DNA from: Squalus acanthias
Lineage: Eukaryota
Length of the DNA stretch: 64,000 nt
Direction: 5' to 3'
Assembly (NCBI GenBank): GCA_030390025.1
Contig: CM059432.1
Coordinates: forward strand, 6,572,001-6,636,000
Every line of letters starts with the position of its first letter. Position 1 is the stretch's first letter. The notes beneath the pieces are model-generated. The model worked only from the letters and a program-made list of their open reading frames with translations, did no database searches and was not told where the DNA came from. Below, in pieces: positions 26,130 through 39,229 of this stretch. The translations under genes and the position numbers were made by a program.

Positions 26130-26811
26130 GAAGTACCTAGATAACAAAGGAGAGGATGACAAAGGAAGTATGAAAAGGTTAGGAAAAAAGTTTTTTTTAA
26201 AAATTAGGAAGGCAAAGAGAAACTACAAAATTAAATTATCAATATGAAAAGAAATATTGAAGTATTCTACAGGCACATAAATAACAAAAGAAAAATCAGG
26301 ATAGGGATCGGGCCACTCAGGGAAACACCTGAGAAACTCTCGGGTAATGACAGCGAAATGGCAGAAATATTAAATAATTACTATGCCTCGGTATTTACCA
26401 GAGACACTAACGTTGTGGGCATGACATTAGAAGAAGAGAGAAACAAAGATTTTAAGATGGAAAGAGGGAGATAATTGATAAACTGATCAATAATCGATAA
26501 AACCCCTCGTCCGGATGGATTGCATCTGTGCATATTAAAAGAGGTTATGGAAGAGATAGCAGAGGCGCACTATTCCATATCTGTAAAAGTTCATTAGAAA
26601 AGGGAATAGTGCAAGAGGACAGGTGGATAGCTAATGTGATTGGATTCCTGTATGTAAAAAGGGAGATGGAATAAGTCCAGGGAACTGTAGACCAATTAGC
26701 TTAACGTCAGTGGTAAGAAAGATAATGGAACCCTTACTCAAAAATATAATAAAGAATAGTCAACACTGATTTCAAAAGGGAAGGAATGGGTAAGGAAGGC
26801 TAATGTAGTAG

Positions 26812-26948
26812 ACATAAGAATATAAGAATTGGGAGCAGGAGTAGGCCATACGGTCCCTTGAGCCTGCTCCGCCAGTCAATAAGATCATGGCTGATCTTCG
26901 ACCTCAACTCCACTTTCCCGCCTTATTTCCATATCCCTTGATTCCCCT
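26812..26948 (-). mobile_element. CR1 3' tail inserted in CR1
   Basis: Reverse complement of the ttcttatg-family tail, interrupting the VDVIYLDF-like codons. Confidence 0.75.
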
Positions 26949-27397
26949 AATATATTTGATTTTTCAAAAGGCCTTCGCTAAGGTAACACATAGTAGACTC
27001 GTGACTAAGGTCAGAACATGTGGAGTCGGGACAAGTAGCAGAATAGATAGCAAGCTGGCTACAAAACAGAAAACAGAGAGTAGAGGTTAAAGGTAGTTAG
27101 TCAGACTGGCAAAAGGTGGGAACTGGTGTTCCACAAGGATCGATGCTGGGACCACTGTTCAGCACTTACGTAAACAATTTGGACTCTGGAATCGGAAGTA
27201 CAATTTCAAAATTTGCGGACGACATCAAATTGGGGAGTGTGGTTAATACAGAGGAGGACTGCAATAAAATACAGGAAGACATTCATAAACTTGCAGAATG
27301 GGCATGTAATTGTCAAATGAACTTCAATATAGATAAGTGTGCTGTGGTATATTTTGGTAGGAAGAATGAGGAGGCCACAAACACCTTGGAAAATAAG

Positions 27398-28000
27398 CTT
27401 TGCGGAACACCTCCGTTCAGTCCGTAAGGGGGACCCCGAGCTCCCGGTGGCCTGTCACTTTAATTCACCGCTTCACTCCCACTCTGACCTCACCGTCCTC
27501 GGCCTATTACACTGTTCCACGGAAGCGCAGCGTAAGCTCGAGGAACAGCACCTCATCTTTCGTTTAGGCACGCTACAGCCCTCTGGACTCAATATCGAGT
27601 TCAACAATTTTAGATCATAACCTCAGCTCCAATCACATTTATATTTTATTTTTTCCACCCTTTTATTTGCCCCCCCCCCCACCTTTTTTTTCCTCCTAGA
27701 AGCTGGCAGCTGTCCTTCATTCTGCCAGTGGATTTCACACTTCTTTCAGCCTTAATCTGTCACATTAACACCACCTCTAGCCTTGCATATCTCTTAATGT
27801 CTCTTAATGTCTCTTCATCTCCCCCTTTGTTCTTTTATCCCCTCCCCCTTTTCCCAGCTTTACTCTGGCCTTAAATCTATTTGATTTCCGGCTCTTCACA
27901 GTTCTGACGAAAGGTCATCGACCTGAAACGTTAACTCTCTTTCTCTCTCCACGGATGCTGCCTGGCCTGCTGAGTTTTTCCAGCGTTTTCTGTTGTTATT
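27398..28000 (+). mobile_element. Penelope-like element: GIY-YIG endonuclease C-terminus plus pLTR
   Basis: 12-bp TSD ttggaaaataag (27386-27397 / 28001-28012). Encodes FAEHLRSV...VACHFNSPLHS...RKLEEQHLIFRLGTLQPSGLNIEF. Confidence 0.92.
27904..27932 (+). ncRNA. Minimal hammerhead ribozyme motif
   Basis: CUGACGA-A-AGGUC-AUC-GACCU-GAAA-CG-UU, with stem I AGUU/AACU. Confidence 0.78.
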
Positions 28001-28351
28001 TTGGAAAATAAGTGTCTAACTAAGGTAGATGAGCAGAGGGATCTGGGGGTACAGATATACAAATCACTAAAAGTAGCTACGCAGGTTGATAAGGACATAA
28101 AAAAGCAAACCAAGCACTGGGGTTCATTTCTAGAGTGATAAAATTGAAAAGCAGAGACGTTATATTAAACTTGTATAGAACCTTGGTTCGACCATACTTG
28201 GAGTACGGTGAACAGTTCTGGTCTCCATATTCTATGACGGATATAGAGGTGCTTGGGAAGGTGCAAAAAAGATTTACCAGGATGATACCAGAACTGAGAG
28301 GTTATACCTATGAAGAAAGGTTGAACAGGCTGGGGCTCTTTTCTCTAGAAA

Positions 28352-29790
28352 GAACATAAGAACCAGGAGCAGGAGTAGGCCAATCAGCCCCTCGAGCCTG
28401 CTCCGCCATTCAATAAGATCATGGCTGATCCAATCTTGGCCTCAACACCACTTTCCCGCTCTCTCCCCATACCCCTTGACGTTCAAATGTCTGTCAATCT
28501 CCGCCTTGAATATGTTCAATGACTCCGCCTCCACAGCTCTCTGGGGTAGAGAATTCCAAAGATTCACGACCCTCTGAGAGAAGAAATTCCTCCTCATCTC
28601 CGTCTTAAATGGGCGACCCCTTATTCTGAAACTATGCCCCCTAGTTCAGATACCCCCACTAGGGGAAACATCCTCTCAGCATCCACCCTCTCAATCTCCC
28701 TCAGAATCTTATGTTTCAATAAGATCACCTCTCATTCTTCTAAACTCCAGTGAGTATAGGCCCAACCTGCTCAACCTTTCGTCATACGTCAACCCCTTCA
28801 TCCCAGGAATCAACCTAGTGAACCTTCTCTGCACTGCCTCCAATGCAAGTATATCCTTCCTTAAATATGGAGACCAAAACTGTACGCAGTACTCCAGGTG
28901 TGGTCTCACCAGCGCCCTGTAAAGTTGCATCAAAACTTCGCTACTTTTAAATTCCATACCCCTTGCAATAAAGGCCAGCATTCCATTTGCCTTCCTAATT
29001 ACTTGCTGTACCGCAGCATTTTGTAGTCTCCCTCTATTTAAATAATTTGCTTTTTCATTCTTCCTCTACTCCATCTGCCAAATTGGTGCCCACTCACTTA
29101 ACCTATCTATATCCCTTTGCAGACTCTTTGTGTCCTCCTCACATCTTGCAAACTCACCTATCTTTGTATCATCAGCAAATTTGGCTACAGTACACTCAGT
29201 CCCTTCATCCAAGTCATTAATATAGATTGTAAATAGTTGAGACCCCAGCGCTGATCCCTGTGGCACCCCACTAGTTACTGATTGCCAACTGGAAAATTAC
29301 CCATTTATCCCGACTCTCTTTTCTGTTAGTTAGCCAATCCCCTATTCCATGCCAATATATTACCCCCAACCCCGTGCACTCATATCTTGTATCTTTTATG
29401 TGGCACCTTATCGAATGCCTTCTGGAAATCCAAATACACCACATCTACTTGTTCCCCTTTGTCCCACCCTGTTTGTTACATCCTCAAAGAACTCTTGCAT
29501 TTTTGTCAAACACGATTTCTCTTTCATAAAACCATGTTGACTCTGCTTATGATTTTCTATTACCTCCTTGATAATGGATTCCAGCATTTTCCCAGTGACA
29601 GATGCTAGGCTAACTGGCCTATAGTTTCCTGCTTTCTGTCTCCCTCCTTTCTTGAATAGGGGAGTTACATTTGCGGTTTTCCAATCTGCTGGGACCTCTC
29701 CAGAATCCAGGGAATTTTGGTAGAGTACAACCAACGCATCCACTATCTCTGCAGCCACCTCTTTTGAGACCCTAGGATGCAGGTCATCAG
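28352..29790 (-). mobile_element. CR1 RT/3' fragment nested antisense in CR1
   Basis: ORFs 29408-29758, 29066-29266 and 28709-28981. Same family as 1081-4662. Confidence 0.92.
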
Positions 29791-30293
29791 GTCCAGAAAA
29801 GAGAAGACTGAGGGGTTTTCTGATAGAGATCTTTAAGATTATAAAAGATGATAGGGTTGATGTAGAGAAGATGTTTCCACTTACGGGGGAGACTAGAACC
29901 AGGGGCCCTAAATATTATATAGTCACTAATAAATCCAATTGGGAATTCAGGAGAAATTTCTTTACCCAGAGTGTTTAGAACATAAAACTCACTACCACAA
30001 GGTGTAGTTGAGGCGACGAGCATAGATGCGTTTAACGAGAAGCTAGATTATCACATGAGGGAGCAAGGAACAGAAGGATATGTTGATGGGGTTAGATGAA
30101 GAAGGGTTGGAGGAGGCTTGTGTGGAGCATAAACCGGCAAGGACCTGTTGGGCCGAATGGCCTGTCTCTGTGCTGTAAATACTTTGCAATACTATGTCGA
30201 TATTGTAAAAGGAAGCAAAATTAGTACTTTCCTCCTATTTAATAATACTTAAGAGGGATGGTAAAAACGGTCAGACAGAAAAATGCCATAAAG

Positions 30294-30569
30294 CAGTGGT
30301 TCTTGAAGTTTTCAGTGTGGGGGACCCTTTACACACACAAACATACACTCATGGTTTCACCTGTCCTTCATTCCAAAAGACAGCGGCAGCCCAGAGCAAA
30401 ATAATGCGATGAGCGCAGAAAACATGCGTTATTAGCATATAGCAACAGAAGGAATGCACTTCTATATTAACAAATCAAGAGAAATTTAGAAATAGGATGA
30501 TGGATGACCAGCACTCTGACTCGAGGGACCATTTGAGATGGTCTGCAGATCTCAATTGGAAAACCTATG
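30294..30569. mobile_element. Possible decayed hAT (Charlie-like) MITE
   Basis: Starts cagtggttcttgaagtttt and ends ttggaaaacctatg. No clean 8-bp TSD. Confidence 0.35.
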
Positions 30570-33054
30570 TCATGCAGTCGGCACCACCTGATACTGCATT
30601 CAAATGTAGCCATATCTCAACGCCAATGTGCCTTTAGGCTTTCGAGATCTGTTCTAAAACAAAAAAGACTGCAGACGAATGAAACCCTCCATCATTTATT
30701 TGGCCAGCTAATCTTATCCACGTCTTGGCTTTATATATGTGTGTGTGTGTGTTTTTTAATATAACCTGTATTGTTCTTCCTGGACCTGAACTTGGATGGT
30801 TGCTACAGCTGTGGAGATACCCCTGGGTGTTGGATGGAAATTCTGGACAGCTCTACTGCAGCTGCTGATTTCTTCTCCGCAGCATGCACCTGCGATGCCT
30901 GACTGGTAACTGCTGTAGGCAGAGCAGACAAAAATGATCCCAGCTAAGTGACAAATAAGGAAGTTTCTTTTGAAATCCTTGTGTGTCAGTTTCAAGTGCC
31001 AGCTGTTGTGGTCAAGTAGCATTGCACAGGTGCAGAGCTTCCTGCTGATATTACAGAAGAGACATAGCTTTTATTTATTTCTACATTTAGCACCGAGCTT
31101 TTCCTAACCGTAATTCTACAGATCTGTACCGCGGTCTGTTAAGCTATTTTAAATACTTTTTTTTAAATTAAAAGCAGAACGAGATTATATTGGAAAAAAA
31201 ATCTTTGAAGGTTAGCAGAGGGGAGAGAAAAAAAAGCATTCCTAGCAGTGAATGTCCTGCCTAGGTCTGCTGTACAGGCTTCTGACACCATGTTCGCAGC
31301 ATATTTTCCCATGTGTGGGAAACAGGAAACCAGCGGAATTGTGGTGGCCTGCTTTCTACCAAGCAATTTGGGACATGGTGGCATAATCTTTGATTGTTAA
31401 AAGGCCGTTTCCATAACATTGCAGATTTCTGGCACACAGCATTTTTATTGCAAGAGCTGAGATCAAGTTCCAAAGTAGAATAATGCAGAGGCAGCTATGC
31501 CAATAGCTGATCCTGATCTTCTTGCAGTAGGTATCACTTCAAACGTTTTTTGCCGCTTCTACAGGTTGCAAGCATATGATTGAGTGCTTTTTTTGCTCTT
31601 GCACAGATGTCCTTTAGTAACTCTAGCCAGTAACTTCTTACAATTGTTCTGCATATCAGCACCACATGTCATCAATTGTGAATGGTGCTTGAGTGGAACG
31701 GAGAATCTAGCCTGACTTGCAAACAGGTGAACAGGCACAAAGCAAATTGCGAAACATAGTGGCAGCAAGACCAAAGGCAAGGAAATCAACTACAGGTACT
31801 ACTGGAACCGCAAAGGATGAATTGGAAGAATTGAAAATTGTTCCGATTCCATTTATTTTTCTCTCTGCTATTTGTTTGCTCCAAAAGAATAGTGAGCTGT
31901 CGTCTTCTGCCAAGAATTAAAAAAAGACTGCTTGTAATATTGGTCTTTCTATATATTTATTTATATATATGTATTAATCAGTTTCAATCAGTAATTGAGT
32001 TACTCACAGCAAAAGTTGACTACAATATATAACTCAACCAAACAGAAAATGACAGTAGACGACATTAGCAATCTGCAAAACATTAACATTCTAAGTTTTA
32101 GAAAAACACAATTTTGTGTTGGTTCCCACATTTCCTTAAGGAATTAAAGGCCAACATATAAATTAGGATAGATTTCAGTTTGCTGCCTTTATACTATTTT
32201 ACATTCATTCTGTGCCATTAGTGATGACTATAACTATAAAAATACATTTGGATTCTTGGAGAAGCTATGAGTGGAAAATGCATACAGGATGAATGATGCG
32301 GATCAGAAAATAAACCAGTAATTCTGGTTGTACATTATTTTTAAAAGCCCTTCCACATCAAGATGATAATTGAGTCTGAACAGGATCACCATAATACAAA
32401 TCAGCGCTGTCCAATAATAAAAAAGGCACTTGGGTTAGGCATGAGGCAGTTGCAGATCTATGTGCAACCTCTGAGTGTTCCATCGGCACTGGGTGACCTG
32501 ATGATTCTAAATCCTTGACGATTCTCAACAGAATATGAACCAAGAGCATCTGGAATAAGTATACGAGTACGGGAGAATATTCAACTCGAGCACCTATCGA
32601 CAATGACCGTGATTTCCATTGGGCTGAAATCATGTTAAATTGTACGTAAGGTAGGGATTGGGTAATTGGCCATGTAGAGAAGAAATAGATGGTAAGGGAT
32701 CTGCAAAACCAAGTAATTCCCCTGTCTGTTTGAACATTTTGGAAACTAGGGGCAGGGGAGACTCTCGGGCCATTGCCTCAGTCTTGATCTAGTTATCTTA
32801 CACCTGAACAGAGCACTGTACCACTTGATGGGTTCCAACATCATGGCAAAGAAGTGCCAAATCGGTAATTAGTGTATGATGGCATGGAATCCATGTAAAG
32901 AGAGAGGTTGTGCTTCAGACCTGCAGGGAGATAAACCCTGCAGTTCTTGGGTGGGACATGAATACACTGAAACCGTTAAATCACTGAAACAAAGACCATT
33001 GATTGCTCGATTTAACGATGTGCACTGTAAAGTTGATTCATTTTGACAGCAGTA

Positions 33055-34650
33055 TAAGTGCCACATTATAGCACTGTTGATGACTTCTTCCATCACTTTG
33101 CTGCTGATTGGGAGTGGATTGAAGGGGCGGTAATTGGCTGGATTGAATTTGTCCTGCATTTTGTGTGCAGGGCATACCCGGGCAATTTTCCACATTGTTG
33201 GGTAGACGCCGGCTAGAGGTGCGGCTAGTTGTGGAGCACAGGTCTTCAGCACTACAACTGAGATTTTGTTGTGGCCCATACATAACCTTTTTTGTGTCCA
33301 GTGCACACAGCGGTTTCTTGATATCACGTGGAGTAAATCAAATTGGCTGAAGACTGGCATCTGTAATTGTGGAGACCTCAGGAGGAAGCTGAGAAAGATC
33401 AGTCAGCACTTCTGGCTGAAGATGGTTGCGAACACTTCAGTCTTGTCTTTTGCACTTACATGCTGGGCTCTGCCATCATTGACAATGGTGATGTTCAGCA
33501 AGTCAACTCCTTCTGTTGGATGCGGCAGGGTTGCAGCGCTTTGACCTGACCCATTGGTTGTGGGATCGTTTAGCTCTGTCTATTAGCATGCAGTTTTCGC
33601 TGTTTAGCATGCATGTAGTCTTTTGTAGTTTCACCAGTCTGGCACCTCATTTTCAGGCAGCCCTGGTGCTGCTCCTGGCATTCTACACTCCTCTTTGAAC
33701 CAGGCTTGGTCACCTGGCTTGATGGTGATGAAGGAATAAGGGATATACCAAGTCATGAGGTTACAGATTGTAGTGCTATACAGTTCTGCTGCTAGTGATG
33801 GCCCATAGCGCCTCATGGATTCTCAGTTTTGAACGGCTCAATTTGTTCTTAATCTATCTCATTTGGGACACGACACGATAGAGGGTTTTCTCCGTGTGAA
33901 GGTGGGAAATTGGTCTCCATGAGGACTGTGCAGCGGTCAATCCTACCAATGCTGTCCTGGACAGATGCATCTGCCACAGATAGATTGGTGAAGCTGGGAT
34001 CAAGTAGGTTATTCCCTCGTGTTCGTTCTCTCACCGCCTGTTGCAAGCCATGTCGGGCTTCCGTCAGGTAGCATTCAACATGGAGGAGTACTGATTCATC
34101 AGCTGAGGGAGGACATTAGGTTGTAATCAAGAGGAACATTTCCATGCTTTGTTTAAGCTGAAACTCTGAGACTTAATGGGGTCAGTGTTGAGGACTGTCA
34201 GGTCTTCTCCCACCCGACTGTCTACCTCTAGTGGATCTGTTCTACTGGTGGGTCAGGACACAACCAGGGTGGATGGTGGAGTCTGGAACATTGGATGATG
34301 GGTATGATTCTGTGAGTATGACTATGTTGGGGTAGCTGCTTGACTAGTCTGTGGGGCAGCTCTCCCAAATTCGGCACCAGTCCCCAGATGTTAGTGAGGA
34401 GGACTTTGCAGGGTCGACTGGGCTGTCTGTGCCTTTGTGCTGTCCTGATTCGATGCCTAGGTTGCAGCTGATAGATCCGTCTGATTTTTTCCCCCCCTTT
34501 CTAGTGATTTCATACAACTGAGTGGCTTGCTGGGCCATTTCAGAGGGCTTAAGACTCGACCACGTTGGCGTGGGACCTGAGTCACCTGTTGGGCAGACCA
34601 GGTAAGGACGGCTGGTTTTCTTCCCTAAGTGAACCAGTGGGGTCCTTACG
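33055..34650 (-). mobile_element. LINE-X 5' half: SINE-X-like 5' UTR, APE and start of RT
   Basis: LKTCAPQLAAPL...WKIARVCPAHK...NPANYRP. APE start NIWGLV...IVILTESY near 34310-34400. 34510-34650 is homologous to the SINE-X body. Confidence 0.85.
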
Positions 34651-34654
34651 ACAA

Positions 34655-37600
34655 TGCGATATCTGGGTTGCAGAGCTGACTGCTGCATACAGTACTCTAA
34701 CTGATAACTTACTGAGGATTTATAGAAACCCATTATTATCTCTTGGCTTTTATCTGCTATACCTCGTGTCATAAAACTGAAAATTTCATTAGCTTTGGTT
34801 ACAGCCTTATCAACGTGAGGAGCTGCTTTTAATCTTTTGTGAAGCTGTACCCCCAATCCCTTGGCCATTTCACAGCACCAAAAACCTACTTCCATTCAGA
34901 GTGTAATTGCTGCTGGGGTTTTTTTTTTAACCGAAATGGATCACCTTGTACTTATTGTCATTGTCACTTTTTAGCCTATTCTCCCATCTAATCAATATCC
35001 CTTTACAGCTTCTAAAGAATTAATTATACTTCCTATCTTGGTGTCATTCTCTCTTGTTCGGTTTCCAAAACATTGATGTGCACAATGAACTGAAATGGCC
35101 TTCGAAATGAATCCTGCAGGCCATCACTACATACTTCCAACCACTCTGGGAAAAACTGCCATTGTCTCCTTTCTAACCAATTTTTAATCGGGTTTGCTAT
35201 CCTCCCTAAATCCACATCCCTTAACCTTCTCCAGTAATCTCCCATGTGGTACCTTGTCAAAGGCTTTTCTAAAGTCCTACATTTCTCCCATCTACCATAT
35301 ATGTTACATCCTATGAGGTTTGTCGAGCATAATCATCCCTTTTAAAGTCTATGCCTGTTACTTCTTACTATTTTCTATTTATTTAAATATGTGGTAATAT
35401 CGTCCTTAATTAAAGACTATAACATTTTCCATACCACAGTTGTTAAGCTAACTGGCCTGTAATTACCCAGATTAGCTCTGTCTCCCTTTTTAAAAATGGG
35501 TACTACTTTGGACACTCTCCAGTCCTCTCGCACACATCCACATTTAATAAAACCCTGAAATATAAGTTCTGCAATTTTTTCCTCCTCCTCTTCCTCAGGT
35601 TCCTAGAGTGTATCCTTTCAAACCCTGGCATTTTGTCTTCCTTTAGCTTAAATAACTTAACTAAAATTTCCCTTTTATCCATAATAATATCGCTCATCTT
35701 GCTGTCTCAACCACTCCGGGATTCACCTCTTCTCTGATAATCCTTCTCTTCGGTAAAGGCCAGTGCAAAATACTTCTTAAATACAGTACCTGTGCCATTT
35801 TTGATCATCCATCTAGAAATTGACAATCTTCTTCTTTAAGTGGTACCACCTCATTTTTAACAGTTCTCTTTTTGTCCTGTTCTTTTTCATAGTTTTTGAG
35901 CGTTTTTTCCCTCATACTCCCTTTTACCTTTCCTTGTCTTGCTTTTAACCTCTCTTCATTTTCTCATGATCTTTTGTTTTTTTCATTATTAATTTAGTCC
36001 TCATTGTCTTTCTTCAATTTTAATTGGTTTCTAACCTCTTTATTTAACCATGGATTCCTACAACTACTAGTAGTTTCCTTCTTTTCTAATTGAATCGACT
36101 TATTCGATACCTTTGTAATCCCTTTAAAAAAAAAAAATCTCACCAACGTTGCTGTACAGTCCTGTGTGGGAATTTCTTTTTCCACTTCACCACGGCTAGC
36201 TCTCGCATATTCCTAAAATCCACCCTCATCCAATCTGGTGTTCAAGATTTTGCACTGACTTTTTCTAGTTGTATCTTAAACCGTATCATATTATTGTCAC
36301 TGCTGCCAAGGTGCTTACCCACACTTAGCTCATCTACCTGATTTATTTCATCATTCATAACCAGGTCTAGCAATGCCTTACATAGAATTGCATCGAATAT
36401 TACAGCGCAGAAACTTTCGGCCCAACAGGTCTGTGCCGGTGTTTATGCTCCACACGAGCATTACCTCCTCCCTCCTTACTTCATCTTACCCTATTTACAC
36501 ATCCTTCCATTCCTTTCGCCACACGTGTTTATCTAGCATCCCCATAAATGCATCTATGCTATTGGCCTCAACCACTCCATTTGGTAGCGAGTTCCACACT
36601 CTCACCACTCTGAGTAAAGAAGTTTTTCCTGAATTCCTTATTGGATGTATTAGTGACTATCTTATGTTTATGGCCCCTCGTTTTGGACTTCCCCCAACCC
36701 CCCCCCCTCCCCCCCACTCTATCGAAACCTTTCATCATTTAAAAAAACCTCTATTCGGTCACCTCTCAGTCTTTTTTCTAGAGAAAAGAGCCCCAGCCTA
36801 CTCAGTCCTTCCTGATAGTTGTATCTTCTCAGTTCTGGTATCATCCTTGTAAATGTTTTTTGCATTTTCTGTAGTGCTTCTATATCCTTTTTGTAATATG
36901 CAGATCAGAACTGTGCACAGTACTATATGGTCCACCCAGGGTTCTGTATAAGTTTAACATAATTTTGCTGCTTTGAATTCTATTCCCCTAGAAATGAGCC
37001 CCACTGCTTTGTTTGCATTATTTACGGCTTTGTCAACCTGCGTTGCAATTTTTAGTGATTTGTGAATCTGTACCTCTAGATTCCTTTGCGCCTCTACTCC
37101 ATTTAGACACCGATTTTCCAAGCAGTAGATGGCCTCTTTATTCCTCCTACCAAAATGCACCACCACACACTTATCTATATTGAAATTAATTTGCCATTTA
37201 CACAGCCATTCTGCAAGTTTGTTGACGCCTTCACTCTTTCCTCAAACATACTGCTTGAGGAAGGAGTTTTAGAAATTCCATTCCCTTTTCTCCATTTACT
37301 CCCTCTCTGTCCCAATCGATAAGTGGATAATTAAAATCTTTGAGAACAATAATTCCTGCACACCTGTAATCTGACTGCAGATTTCCTCTTCCATTACCTT
37401 CTGTGCTAATGTAGCAAGCCCTTTTTATCCAGGAGTCATATTAACCTGTTCCTCGTTTACATCAACCCACTCTACAGCATGTACTTGTTCTTTTTCCAAT
37501 GCTACCACTCTGCCGAGAATCCTACAGCACAAAAGTATGCCATTCGGCCCATCATGCCTGTGCCGGCTCTTTGAAAGAGCTATCCAATTTAGTCCCACAC

Positions 37601-38950
37601 CCCAGCTTTTCCCCCCCATAACCTTGCAAATTAGTCCTCTTCAAGTACGTGTCCAATTGCCTTTTAAAAGTTGCAATGGAATCTGATTCCACCACCCTTT
37701 CGGGTAGTGCGTTCCAGATCTTAACAACCCTCTTGGGTGAAGAAATTTCTCCTCATTGCCCCTCTAGTTCTTTTGCCAATTATTTTAAATCTATGACCTC
37801 TGGTTACCCGACCCACTTACCAGAGGAAACAGTTGACACGACTTGCTCTATCAAAACCCCTCATAATTTTGAATATAAGAACATAAAAATTAGAACACAA
37901 GAACATCCCTCCTAAATGTAATGTATCCTACTATGGTTATTTTCTATTCTTGTCCAGTTTGCAGTCAGGTGTCTATTGATGCTATTACATCTACTTCTTC
38001 CTGTAAAATAATTGCTTCTTGTTCTTCCAGTTTATTTTCAAACCTTGCGTGTTGTAATACAAGCATTTTAACCTTTTATTTTGCTTTTTTTTTTAAGCAC
38101 TACTGCTTTTCCCATTTATTTTCCCTCTGAGCTACTCCCTAACTTTACTTCAGTCTTTTCCCTGTTTATAACTTGTCCATTTGATTTGATTGCTCTACTC
38201 CACATCCCTCATGTTAAATTGTTTTCTGCATGAATATTATCCTCATCTATTTGTCCCTTCTCTATTCGTGATCATGGTTAGTTTTATTTTCCGAGAACTC
38301 CCTTCCTCCTATTTTATTTACTCATCACTTTCCTCTTTAATCATTTTTGCCAGTATCATAGCATTCCCCCCCCCCCCCCCACCCCCCCACTGTTCAGGTA
38401 TAGCTTGTTTTAGTGGAATAGAACAGCTATTCCATCTGTCCCAGAACTGATGCCACTGCCCAATAAAGTGGAATCCCTCTTCCTGACACCACACCTTTAG
38501 CCACGCACTAATTTCCTTAATCATCCTGTCCTTCCCAATTCTAGTGCGTGGCTTTGAATTCTGAAATCGTGGACCACGATAACTGGTTGCTCTCCCTCCC
38601 CTTGCACAATCTTTCCCAGTCTGCTCAATATATCCCTTACCCTTGCACCTGGGACACAACGACGTTTCCAAGATTATTAGTCTGGACTGGAAAAGATGGT
38701 GTCAGCCCCTCTAACTATTGATAGCTGTGTTTCTAATTCCACCCACCCCCTCCACCGCCTCCTCTGAGCCATCTGTTGGTACCACTGATATTTATTTGAT
38801 GGCTTGGATGGAGTCCTCATTTTTCCCGCAGGAAGCGACAGCTTCAAATCTTTTTGAGAGTATGATGCTATGGGTGCTCCTGTTCTAACTTTTCCTTCCT
38901 GCCTTTCCCCAGCCCTCAGATAGTCACCCATCATTCCTCCTCCACTGGTT
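34655..38950 (-). mobile_element. Old near-full-length CR1 (ORF1 SGNH/esterase-like region at 38320-38935, decayed ORF2) with younger CR1 insertions at ~36380-37230 and ~37515-37875
   Basis: ORF1-like IVRGADTIFSSPD...AWLKVWCQEEGFHFIGQWHQFW. ORF2 remnants NPWLNKEVR, LKEDKMPGFERIHSR and NWLERRQ. Confidence 0.75.
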
Positions 38951-39229
38951 GCTCTCTCACTCTCTCACACGCACTCCCATTTGCACAGCTCTCTGTTTAA
39001 CAAAAAACCTCAGTATGAACTTTACTTGCATAAAGCCCTGGACAAAAATATCAAGTCCCAGCCCAGGATTTTCAGAGAGGCTGAAATTTTCAAGGAAAAA
39101 CCTTAATTTAAGGTACTAACACGCAAAAAGTAATTCAATTAGGCCTTTGTGAACTGTATGATTTTTAAAAAGTCTTTCTTTTGTTTGAAGCCTTATTTTC
39201 GACATTAGCAAGGTCAGTTACTGAACATT

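Larger units (their letters stand above)
26133..30190 (+). mobile_element. CR1 LINE ORF2 (host of nested insertions at 26812, 27398 and 28352)
   Basis: EMAEILNNYYASVFT, GVPQGSMLGP, FADD, LVRPYLEY. The sequence resumes at ~29790 (agaaaagagaagactg) and runs to the tail. Confidence 0.88.
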
